Shown: positions 24,615 to 37,205 of the stretch, piece after piece
Layout: each line of letters starts with the position of its first letter
Numbering within the stretch: the first letter of the stretch is position 1
Source of the DNA: Geosiphon pyriformis uo1
Lineage: Eukaryota > Fungi > Glomeromycota
DNA: 64,000 bases
NCBI GenBank assembly: GCA_016748015.1
Contig: JAAOMT010000276.1
Coordinates: 496,001 to 560,000 of the forward strand
Reading direction: 5' to 3'
The notes under the pieces: model-generated
Database searches by the model: none
Told to the model about the DNA's origin: nothing
What the model saw: the letters and a program-made list of their open reading frames with translations, nothing else
Program-made: the position numbers and the translations under genes

Positions 24615-25798
24615 TTGCAAATTTTACTAGTCTTTTGTTATAGTCCAATTTATTACAATTTGATTAATACAATCTAATCAAACTTGGCTACTGTAACAAT
24701 AACTATATTTTTTGACATATCAATAAGAATTTTTTTAATTACTACAGTCCAATCTGAATGCATTTTTTGTCTTTTAAAATTATTGTTTATAATGATTTCT
24801 TTTTTTTAACCAATAATGTAATTTTTTTTATGTTTTTCTTTGATGTAAACATTAATTTAATAATTTTTTCAAACTTTAAAAGAATAGTAGTCTTTCCAAA
24901 ACCATTAATTGTTGAAAAAAAAATTTTGATTACTTGAGTTTTTGCAATTGTTAATTTGTTTTCTACTACTAAAAAATTAATATTCAATGCAAATAATTTT
25001 TTTACAGCTACTTTGACTTAAATTTTTACAATCTTTGAATCAATCCATCTTTTGTCCAAAGAAATATTGAGAGGAGGAAGAAAAAGTTCTTTATTTTTAT
25101 CCATGTTATTATTAATTGTGCTAATAAGAAAACTATATTCCAAACTAATATTTACTCTTTTAGCTTTAAAAATAATAACTGCCAAGCCAAGAAAAAAGCC
25201 ATTATTAATGCTTAATAAAATACTGTTATCTTTATTATTACCTAATTTACTGTTTATATTCGAATACATATCATTACCAACATCAAATTTTACCAAAAAA
25301 ATATCTTTTTTATCACTAAAGTGTTTAATATTACCAATAAAAATCTTATTTTTGAAAGAAAAAGCCTTTAGCAGAACCATAAAAAGCACTTTTAAGCACT
25401 TTTTTTAAACATATTGCTACTTAAAGCAGCTACCAACTTTATCATAAAAAGATTATTTGTTTAAGAAATATTGCAAAAAAATAACAAGAAAAAAATAAAA
25501 ACTTTTTTTTTCGGAAAATTGTTCTTCAAGAATTTGAGATGTAAGAGAAAAAAAATGTATTTATTAAATAAATAAATAAAAAGTAAAAAATTTTTTATAT
25601 GTTTTAAAATTTATATATTTTTTTGTTTTTAAAATTAATTATTTTAATAAAAAATATATTTAATTACTATAATTAATATTAAGTTTATAAAATTTTATTT
25701 GGTTTTATAAGAAATATTTTTGTTTTAAGTTATAATATCTGTATTTTATTGCTTAAATTATGTAATATATTTTTAAAAACTTTATTTTTTAATTATAA

Positions 25799-28700
25799 TA
25801 TTATAAATTAGAATAATAAGCTAATAGATAACAAAAAAAACAAGATTATAAGATAATAAAATAAATCAAAAAAAATTCAACTTTAAAAAATGAATTAAAT
25901 AAATATGAATTTAATGTATAAAATTAGTATTATAAAATATTTCAATCATTATTTTTTTCAAAAGATAACCAAAGAATTTGAAAGTAGAAAAATAGTTTAT
26001 GTTATTAACAAAAGATAACATATTGTTATAATTTTATGTTTTATGTTAACACTCTTAAAATTCAATATTAAATATTAAATGCACTTTTTAATCATATTTT
26101 ATATAATAATTTTCAAATACTATAATTGTATAGATTAAAAAAAAATAAGTAAATACCAATAAGTAATTTTTTATCTTAAAATGTTTAAATACTTAAAAAT
26201 AAAAAAAAGAAAATAAATAATATAAAAAAAATTAAGATAATAATTATTATTTTATTTCTTCTTAATTATATCATTCTATAGCTAAAAAATTTATTATTTA
26301 TATAACTATTAAAAGTAATTAACAATTAGATTAATGATTAAATCAATAATTAGATTAATAATCAAATCAATAATCAAGTTATTAATTAAGTTAATAATTA
26401 GGTTAATAATCAAATGGAAACTGAATCATCTCCTTTTCTAGTTTCTGGTGCTACTTTTGATGATGCTTGAAAAACTATTGCTAGTTGCCAAAGATTTGCT
26501 GGGTGGGTGGCCTCCATTCTGGTGCCTGGTGCTATTTTTAAGATTAAATTGGCTCATGTTAAGACTGTTTTTCAGTCTGTACATGGTTTTCTGGGTGTGA
26601 AGTCTATATCAAAAGACAATGTAAAGCTGTTTTGTATAGAGTTTGCTTCTCAAATGTCTTTAGAAGCTGCATTTTTGGTTGAGCTTACAAGCTCTGTACA
26701 TTTGGCCACTCTCAAAATTGCCAAGTCCTTGGTGATTTCTGAGTTTGGCTTTTTTTTTGCTGCTGTTGCACTGCATAATGTGCCCTTGGGTGTGTCTATT
26801 GCTAATATTAAGACAGCTCTTAGTGTTTTTGGTGTGATTACTTGTGTTGTGCTAAAGCCTGCTAGCATTTGGCAGTATGTTGTAGTCTATTTTGAGAATT
26901 TAGTTGCTGCTATATTTGCTTTTAGTCACTGATCAGTTTTGGTGGACAAAGATAGTGTTCAGATTTTTTCTATTGTGAATCAACAAAAAACAATTGTGTT
27001 TCATAATAGGTTTAAGGCCAAGTTGGTCAACCTTCCTTCTGGCTGCACTGTCTTTGAAATCAGTAATATGGTTTTTCAAGTTGGTGGTCAGTCTTGTTTT
27101 ATTCCCTAGTCTCCTAATTCTGGTTGTTGTTTTCACTTTGCTCTGATTACGTTTGGCTCTCAAGCTGATTTAGACCTTGTTGTTGTTAAAACTGATACAC
27201 TAAGAAAGTGCCATATTTGGTAAGAAACTTCTGGTTGTCAGCATTGTTTTCAGTGTTAAGAGATAAGCCATTTGGCCATAGACTGTAAGATTGCTTCACT
27301 TCCTTCTTTTAAGATTTCCAAAATGTTTAAACCATATTTTGTTGGTTCTTTGTTTTATGCAAAGGCATCTGTTCCCCCTGTTTTTTCTGAGTTTTCTCCT
27401 TTGGTGGCTGCTGTCTCTCCTATTGCTGTTGTAGATTCTTTGGTGTTTTCTTGGCTGGCATTTCTGGAATCTGATTTGGCTAAGCTTTCTGTTTTGGTTG
27501 AGTCTATTGTTAAGCCTGTTGGCTCTATGGTCAAAGTTTTTGAACAATTTGTTAATAGTGATCTGGTTTCAAGTTTTGCTCTTGGCCTCAGAGTCAACGA
27601 GGTTTTGGTTTACATGAGTACCTTTAGCAGAGCTGTTGGTAAGTTGGAGTAAGAAGTGGTTGCTCTGAAAACTGAGTATGGTTTTGAAGATGTTAATATG
27701 TCTGGCCCTCATGTAAGTTTGTCATCTTTTGATGATAATATGTTTTTTAATTTGATATCTTTTTGAGAACATGAATCTGCTGCTATAAAAACTGATGTCT
27801 TTAAAACAGCTGAGTAGTTGGTTAGATTAGTTAATAATAGTGCTACATTATTTGAGATTGTTCAAAAAATGTCTTTTTTGGGTAGGTTTTCTTCTGATGT
27901 ATTAATGTAGTATAGTCTGAACTGGCTTGAGTAGCTGGTACCATGTAGTAAGCACATGAATCATATTTAGTTCTGGATCACTTAGTTTGGTTCTAATTTC
28001 TAGATAATGATTGGGCCATACTCATTAAACTTATAATAAAAAAAAATAATATTGTATATTATAGTCAAATTTATTCAAGTGAAATATCTAGTAAATTATT
28101 TGTTGTGTTTTAGCTTCTTTTTTTTATGTAGTCAAACCAAAGCTTAATAATTTGTTATTACTAAAAATTTAATATCAAGAAAATATTTGTCTTAATAATT
28201 AGTAGTTTATACTACTACTAGGCATTTTTGTTCAATAATTAAGTAGTTTTATTTTGTTAACATAAGCTATAATATGCTCTTTACTATTTTTATTTTTTTA
28301 AAAAAAAACAGTATCAAGTCTAAAGCCAAATATATTAATATAAAAAATAAAAGATTAATTCAAATTAAGTTGTATAAGAATGAATTTTGTGATTAATTTT
28401 TTTTTTAAGATTTTAAAAACTTTTTGTTAATATATGTTCCAGTAATAATTAACAGTTTTTTTGGGTAGTTGATTGAAAAAATAGATAATTTTAAAAAAAT
28501 CTTTAACAAACTTTTAATAATAAAAGACCAAACCAAGAAAAAAATATAATTCATGAATATTTATTGATTGTTTAATATTTTAGACTTTTTCAATTTTGGC
28601 TAAGTCAGAGAAGCTTCTATTTTTTATAATAAAATAACCAAAAAATTAGGTAAATTGTCATTCAAAAAAGATTTAATTAAGTTGATTTTAAGATCAGTAT

Positions 28701-31700
28701 TTTTAACCAGATTAAAAATCTTTTGCAAATATTTAAGATGTTTATTCTAAATTTTAAGTATATTATTATGTTATTTAAATAAACTAAAACAAAATTTTTT
28801 TTACTGATTTGAATACTTTGTTTATTAAGTATTAAAAAGTAAAAGGAGTATTAATAAGACCAAAAAACATAATTGTAAATTTATAAGTGCTATACTTGAT
28901 AATAAAGACAGTTTTTTTTTGTTTTCTGGATCTATTTTTACTTGTTAAAATCTAGTAGTTAGATTAATAGTTAAAAAAAAACAGCACTATTGAATTAATT
29001 TAATATTGTATTAATTTTGGAAATTAAATACATGTCTTTTTTAATAATAGTATTTAATTAATAGTAATTAACATAAAAGCATAAGACTTTATTTTTTTTA
29101 AATATTATTACAACTAAAAAGATTTATTTACTCTTGCTTTTTTGTATAAATTCAAAATTTTTTATTTAATTTATTTCTTTTTTAATAAATTTATTATTGT
29201 GTTGATTGAATTGATAAAGCTTCAAATAGATAAAATGAGTTTTTTTGGTGATAATAATATGTTGTATTATATAAATTTGTCTTAGAATATATTTTTTTTT
29301 AATATTACTAGACTGTTTTTAGTTAACAGATTTTTAATGTCTACTTTTTTTTTTTTAAAGAAAGTTTTTTTTGTTTTTCTATTAACAATTGTATCTTAAG
29401 CAGTTTATTTTCAAAAATCTTGTATTTTTTTATTTTTTTTCTTGGTATTAGACTAATTGGTTTCCAATTTTTGTAATAGATTAGACAGAACTTGTATTTA
29501 TTGCTAAAAAAATACAACAGTTTATTACACTAGTACTAGACACAAAAATCATGTTATTAATAACTGTATTTGGCTTTCTTATTAAGTTTTTTATTAAAAA
29601 TTTTTTTAAGAATATTATAATAGAACCAGTAAATTATCTTGTTATTTATAATAATTTTTTTTTGTTAGTTTTGATATTATCTAATGACTTGTTATTATTG
29701 ATAAAAATGATATAGATAAATATAGTAGTTTTTTTTGTTTTTTTTTGTATTTTTTATTGCTATTTTTATTATCTGATTTATTTGATTGTTTTTTTTTTGG
29801 TTCTGCTTAAGTATTAAAAAAATGATTTAATAATAACACTTAACTATAATGAATTTTTTATTATATTTAATAGTTAATTTGTATTGTTTATAATTAAATA
29901 ATGCTTTTGCTTTCTTAAGCTATTTATTGCTAACAATAATAGTATATTTTTTTATTTTAGAAACTTCTATGTCAATTTTAATACTAATACTATTAATATA
30001 AACAAAAACAGTTTTGATTATGCCAAATTTTTTTTTCTTGTTATCATATATATTAGTTATAAACTAAGTTAAAGATTCATTAATTTTTTTTTTAATTGCT
30101 TTAAAAAAAAGTTTAGCAATAACACTAACAAATAATCTACTAAGAATTAAATTAATAAAATAACCAATTATATGAACTTTGTAAATTAGAAGAGTAATAA
30201 TATTATTATTAACAATTTCAATTTAATAAAAGCATTTATTAATCTTTAGTGTTTTTTTTTTGGAATTAAAGATTTGCAAAGATTTTTTCTAAATTATAGA
30301 TGAGTTATTAACTAGCCAAAGATAATATGAGTTAGAGTTTCTATGAAATTTTTAATAATAGAATAAGATCCAGATTTTTGTATAATTTTTGAGAGTTTTA
30401 ACTTTAGAGAATTTTTAAATATTTTTGCTTTTGGTAGCTTATTGTTATCAATAATTAATATAAAAGCTTTATTAAGATCCAAGGCAAAATTAACTTTGGG
30501 GGTTTTTTTTTGTTAATGTAGAGAGATTAATAGCTAATTTATTTATATTATAGTCATTATTAGTTAAATTAAAAACATAAAAGAGTTTTTTTCTGGTTGG
30601 CTTGTATTTTTACTCTTTAAAAGTACACTTATCAATTTAAAAGCTGATAAATAGTGGCTTTAATTAAGAGATTCTTTTTAAAAAAATTGATATTAGCATA
30701 GTTAGATTTTTAATTAGAAACATTATTATTAATAATTCTGTTATTCTGGTTATTATTGTTTCTAAAAGCTAAAGAAAGCAAAAGAAAATTGTTGTAATCT
30801 CTAAAAAAATGTCTAGTTAATTCACAATAATAACACATAAATAGGCCACAATTTTGTTGTTTTTAATAAGAAAACTGCTAAAATTGATTAAAACAGAATT
30901 TAAATCTAGATTTTTAGGATTTTTTGACTGCTTGAACTAAAAATTTTAATAACTGAACAAGATTGGCTGTAAGTTTATTTATTAATTGTTTATTGGAATT
31001 TTGAGTTTGGGCAGTAAAAAAGTTAGCAGCCATCTAAAAAGCAGAAACCAGAATAAAAACAGGAGCAAAAACTGATAAAATAAATTTTAAATAAATTTTT
31101 TGATTATTTTCAATTTTTTAAACAAGTTTAATGATCATATTTATTGTGAAATTATTTTTCAGAACCAAAAGAGACCAAAGAGCATATAAAAAATTAGTTT
31201 TTAATTTTTTTGTAAAAGAATGTATTTTCTACTTTTTTGTTTAATTTTTTTCAAAGTCTACATATTTAATAAACTTTCTAATTGCTTTGCCATATTTGGT
31301 AACAACTTTACTAGAGTCTTAAATTCTTTTTTCTAATTTTATATGTTATTTAAAAATCAGAATAGGAGTTTTAAATTTGATTTTAAACCAGATAGTAAAG
31401 AAAAAATTTTTTTTTTTAATATTTGTTAATATGACAATTTTTTAGTAAACACCAGTATTAGTTTTTTGTAAAAACCAAGTAACAAAAAAGTTTTGAAGAT
31501 AGCCATTAACAATTTAAAATTTGTACTTTGTATTATATTGATTGACAATAACTGTTTTTTTAAAATTATTTAATTATTTAATTAAATTTTATGTATTGCT
31601 TCTAAATAAAGATAATAAGATGTTGTTTCTTTGCCTTAAAGCAGTTTATCTGTCTTAAAAAACAGCCAAAATATTTCTTTGCATAAAGTTAATAGCTATT

Positions 31701-32908
31701 AGTTCAAAAATAGTTGTTTATATAAAATAATCTGAATTATTTGAGAAAAAATTAAAAATAAAAGCAGTTTAGTAGCTTTTTTTTTTGTTTTAAAGAAAGT
31801 TTTAGCTAACTAATGAACAGCAATTTAGATGTGAATTTAATAATTCAGATATTTAAAGTCAAAAAGCTGTTGTTCAAAGATTATTAAATATAAAAGCTAA
31901 TTAATATTATTGTTTTTTTCTTTTAAAATTGTTTTTAAAATAAGCTTAATTAAAGAAATAAGTTGTATATATTATGTAAATTTTAGCTAAATGTTTATTT
32001 AGAAACCAGTTTTAAAAGTCTTTGAAATTGTCTACTGAATTGTTTTTTAACAGAAAAGCAGATTAAATAAAAGAGCAAAAAATTGAGTACAATAAAATCT
32101 AAATTGTTTTTGTTATATGTTTTAAAATATTTTTTTGATTATTATAGCAGATATAAATAATCATCTATATAATAGAAAACAAGTAAATTTTGACAATCTT
32201 ACAAAGAGCACTACTTTTATGTTATGGATTGGAGTAACAAGCTAACAAATAGTAAAAAAAACAGAATTATAAGATAATAAAATTAATTAAAGAAAATTCA
32301 ATTTCAAAAAACAAATTAAATGAATATAGATTCAATATATAAGATCAGTTTTATAAAATATCTTAGTTGTTAATCTTTTCAAAAAATAACTAGAGAATCT
32401 AAAAGTAGAAAAATAATTAATACTATTAACAAATAATAACATATTAATATAATTCTATATTTTATATTAATGCTCTTAAAATTTAATATCAAATATTAAA
32501 TGTATTCTTTAGTTATATTTTATTCAATAATTTTCAAATACTACAATTATACAGATTAGAAAAGAGTAAATAAATGTCAACAAGTAATTTTTTATCTTAA
32601 GATATTCAAATACTTGAAGATAAAAAATAAAAAAAGGGAAATAAACAATAAGAAAAAGATTAAATTAATAAATATTGTTTTATTCTTTTGATTTTTTATA
32701 TGTTTTTTTATAGTTAAAAAACTTATTGCTTATATAGTTATTAAAAATAGTCAACAATCAAGTTAGCAATTAGATTAATGATCAGATTAATAATCAAATC
32801 AATAATTAAGTTAACAATTACAATTTAAAAATAGTGTGGCTAATTATATAATATTAATAGCTAATACATGTGATAATTTAATAAAAACTATGAATTTTAA
32901 CCATAACA
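25799..32908 (-). mobile_element. Ty3/Gypsy family A, copy A3 (very heavily decayed; integrase/ORF3 region replaced by an ORF1-only element)
   Basis: LTR relic 25799-26413, RNase H-RT-PR-gag relics 28047-32167, PBS, and 5' LTR 32220-32908. ATAA on both flanks (weak evidence in AT-rich DNA). Confidence 0.85.
26414..28046 (+). mobile_element. ORF1-only (HAL1-like) non-autonomous non-LTR retroposon
   Basis: One 499-codon frame (ATG 26414 to TAG 27910, with internal nonsense codons but no net frameshift) with RRM-like segments and a CCHC knuckle CFQC*EISHLAIDC. It is followed directly by a ~125-nt 3' UTR and an A-tail (28038-28046). The UTR is homologous to the LINE tail at 62487-62610. Confidence 0.75.
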
Positions 32909-32914
32909 ATAAAA

Positions 32915-33532
32915 TAATATTACAACAAATTGTATAAAAAAAGAGCTTTTCTTTTTAAAAAAAATATCTTAGCTAAATTAGTATTTTTTACTTAATATCT
33001 TAGTTAAAATTATTTTTTTTACAAATTAATTACAATAAAACTTACTTTAAAAAACATAAAATTTTTATTTATTCTTATTTAAAATTAATTATTTTATATT
33101 AACAGTTAAAATTAATTAACTACTAATTTTAGTAACTATTAGTAATTTTTAAGTTTGAATTTAAAATAACTCTTTTAATATATTTTTTGTTTTTTTTTCT
33201 TTAATTATTTTTTTTTGTTTTTTTTATATTATTAAATAGTCTATAGTTAAGATTTTCTGTAAAAAGTTAACTTTTACAGCAAAATAACTACACATATTTT
33301 AAAGTGTTTACAAATAAGATTTTTTTATAAAAGAGTTAATTTTTATTGCAAAATAATTATATAAATAATTAACATAGAATTGGTTATTCTATTATAAACT
33401 TAACAATATACAATTTAAAATATAGAAAGATATTTTAAAAGAAAATTAGCTTATTAAAAGTTTATTAACTTTTATTAACAACAAAATTAATAGCAAAATA
33501 ATATTAATAACATTAAAAAAAAAGTAGTAACA
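32915..33532 (+). mobile_element. Old partial LTR related to element B
   Basis: Matches B-LTR motifs (acaacaa.ttgtataaaa...agctttt; duplicated agtt.actttt...gcaaaataacta); ends ...AGTAACA. Confidence 0.6.
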
Positions 33533-35483
33533 ATAGACAAAATTTCTTGAATTGTTTTTCCAATTGTAATAAAAAATAAAAGTATTATTGTTTTTATGTT
33601 TTTAAACAAATACTTATCTATTTTATTACCATTTTTTTTTTGGTAATAGTTTTTTTTGAGTTAATAACAGTATAGATTTTATTATTATTAGTTATAATAA
33701 TCTGTTTTTTAATAATTAAAATAGCATTTGGATAGTTTTTGGTCTAATACTTATAAAAAATATAAAAAGTATTTTGAATGTTTTAATCTAAAAAATAATT
33801 GTTTATGTTGTTTGAAAATATTTTTGTTTTGGAAATAATGTATTTATTTATATTTAATTTTTGTCAATTTTTTGGCCTAGTATTATTATAATAAATAACT
33901 AATTAGGTTACTTATAATATTTTTTAAGTCCTATATTATAAACAAAACAATTATTAAAAATTATTCTATATTAATTTTGTAAAATATAAAAATTATTGTT
34001 TAAGATTTTATTTACAAAAAAAAATTTTTTTTACTAGATAAAAAATTTATTTTTATAAACATTATTTTTGTTTAAGCAGTATTTTAAAACTAAGTTATTA
34101 ATATTTAAAAAAATATTCATAAGTTTTTTTTTATGCTTTTCTTAATACTGTTTTATCTTTTCAAAGATAATTATCTATGTTTCTATTAAAAAATCAAAAA
34201 TTGTAACAATTTTTTTTGGCAAAATGTTCTTATAATTTTTTATTATAATTTTTTTAAAAAATATTATTATAATATTAATTTTTATTAATAATATTGCTAT
34301 TTATCTATAAAATAAATAAAAAAGTTTATAACTTATTATGTTATAATTTACAATTTTATAAGCAAACAATACTAAAAACAGTATTTTATCTTATAAGTTT
34401 CTTTACTAATTTGGTTAGAGTTTTACATAATATTTTATTGAAATATTTTATTAGACTATTTATTTGATAGTAATAAAAAAAAAAGTTTATAATATATTTT
34501 TATTTTTTTATAAAGTTTTTTAATTAATATACTAAAAAAAGCTTTTTTTATCAAATAAAAGTTTTTTAAAACAGCTATAATGACAAATAATATTTTTATA
34601 AATAAAATTGGCAATAAAAACTATTGTTTCTACTTATTTTGTAAAATAATCAGTAGCTATAATAATATATCTGTTATTATCAAGAGTTATTATTAAAAGT
34701 TTAATAATATCTATATTAATTTTATCAAATAATTGGCCAATAAAAATTAGATATATATCTTTTTTGCAATTAAGAAGGAAGTTTTTTGGCAGATATTATA
34801 GGTTTTAATATAATGTCTTTTTTTAAAATAAGTTAATAATAATAAGCTAAAATTTTTTAAATTGTTTTTGTTTTTTCAAAGTATTTAATTAATAAATTAG
34901 TGTATATATTGTAAATTAAAATTTTTTTTTCTTTAAATTTGATAATTTTTTAAGAGCAATTAGAATTTTTTTTGTTTTTTTTATATAATTAATTCTGACA
35001 AATCAAATAAAAATTTGATTATTTATATAAATATTTTCTTTGCTATTGAATATAATCTAATAAATATTGTTTTTTACCCAAAAATTTTATTAAAACAAAG
35101 TATTTATTCAAGTCTATTATCATGTTTAATTAAAATAAAATTATTAATAATTAGATTAATTTGAATTAAAAAAGTTGTACAATTACTTAATAGTAAATTT
35201 AAAAAGAATATTAATGTTTTGATAATTTGTTTTTTTGTAATATTATATATTATAGTCAAATTTATTCAAGTAAAATATCTAGCAAGTTAATTATTTGTGG
35301 TTCAGCTTTTTTTTTTGTACAGTCAAACCAAAATTTGATGATTTGTTATTACCAAAAGCTTTATACTAAAAAGATATTTACTTTAATAGTTAATAGATTA
35401 TATTACAATAAAGCATTCTTGTTTAATAACTAAGTAATTTTGTTTTGCTGGAAAAAAATATTTGCTAATATAAACTATAATAT
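33533..35483 (-). mobile_element. Family A fragment (ORF3-integrase-RNase H), extremely decayed
   Basis: Collinear with ~6213-8205 of A2; cut at 35484 by insertion of copy A4. Confidence 0.8.
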
Positions 35484-37205
35484 TGTTACAAATTAGAGTA
35501 ATAAACTAATGGATAACAAGAAAGAACAAGCTTGTAGAATGATAAAAAAAATCAAAGGAAATTTAACTTCAAAGAACAAATTAAATAAATGTAAATTCAA
35601 TGTGTGAAATCAGTCTTATAAAATATCTTAGTTGCTATACTTTTCAAAAGATAACCAGGAATCTGAAAATAAAGAGATAATTTATACTATTAACAAATAA
35701 TCACACACTAGTATAATTCTATGTTTCATGTTAGCACTCTTAAAATTTAATATCTGGTATTAGATGTATTTTTCAGTTATGTTTTATTTAATAATCTTCA
35801 AATACTACAATTACACATTTCAAAAAAAATAGAAAATAACCAACAAATAATCTTTTATTCTAAGATATTTGAATACTTAAAGATAGGGAAAGAAAAATTA
35901 GCAATAAGAGAAGGATTGAGATAAAAGTTGTTATTTTATTTATTTTATTTTCTTGATTTCTGACATGTCATTTTACAGCTAAGAAATTTATTGCTTATAT
36001 AACTATCAAAAATGGTCATTAATAAGATCAATGATCAAGTCAATAATCAGATCAATAATTAGATTATTGATCAGGTCAATAATCAGGTCAATGATTAAGT
36101 CAATAGTCAAATTATTGATTAAGTCAATAATTATTATCTAAAAATAAGGTGGCTAATTATATGATATCAGTAACTAATACATGTTATTACCAGTAGAATT
36201 TTAGCTATTAATTAGCATGAAATTATCTTCATAATTCTTATTATTAAGTAGCATATTATTATCATTTCAATTATTACTTATTAATTAGCCAAATTATCAA
36301 ATATTATTACTCAATCAATAATCCAATTTGTACTATAGAAATTAAGATGATCAAATTACACAATACTCTGAACCATTTAATATAGTCAAAATTCGCCAAA
36401 ATTAATGGAAAAATTGCCGAAATAATCAATAATTCGTAGAAATAACTTGTAGTTTACCAAAATGTATCTTTAGTTCACCCAAATTGTAGAAAAGAGAAAA
36501 GTGCAAGTTCAAAGACTAGTACCATAACAAGTTGTATAAAAGAAAAGCTTTTTTCTTCAAGAAAATATATTCTTCTCATATCTTCTCATAATATCTTAAC
36601 ATAGTATCACACTTTAGATATCTTAATTAAAAAACAAATTTCCTTTTACACATTTAAATAAAAAATTAAATATTCGAAAACCAAATTCTTTGATTATTGC
36701 ACTTAAAATTCTCTCAACACAACTAATGTTTTTGAAATTTATTAGCTACCAATTTCAGTAATCTGTTAGTAACTCCAGGCCTGGATAGAAAACGTTTCTC
36801 TTGATAAAATTTTATTTCTTTTATTTTTCTTTTATTTTCTTATTATAATTATTAAGGTAGCCTACAGACAAAATTCCTGTAGAAGAGTTGACTTTCACAA
36901 CAAAGTAACTATACGTTTTTAGTAAGCTTCTAGATGAGCAATTCCTGGGAAAGAGTTGATGTTTACTACAACATAACTACATAAAGTAACTGGCAAAAAA
37001 TTGGCCATTCCACATATAAGCCCAGCAGTTCAAATTATAGGAGATAATTTAAATATAAATTCAGTTACTGAAGGTCCAACTACTTTCTGAAAATGTGAAT
37101 TTACAGCAAATCAGCATTAACAACATTCAAGAAAAAAGACCAAAAACCTCTAGTAACATTTGGTGTTTTCCCATGAAAATAACACAGCAACAACAAAATT
37201 CAAAA

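Larger units (their letters stand above)
21180..25530 (-). mobile_element. LINE (non-LTR retrotransposon) relic: ORF1 plus APE endonuclease part of ORF2; RT missing
   Basis: APE motifs MCNIREINN and ITKTKL (~21770-21880) and SNSKSLRKTINYI (~21300-21340). ORF1 relics (ORFs 22108-22368, 24787-24987, 25018-25389) are similar to 26414-27910. Interrupted by nested solo LTRs. Confidence 0.75.
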
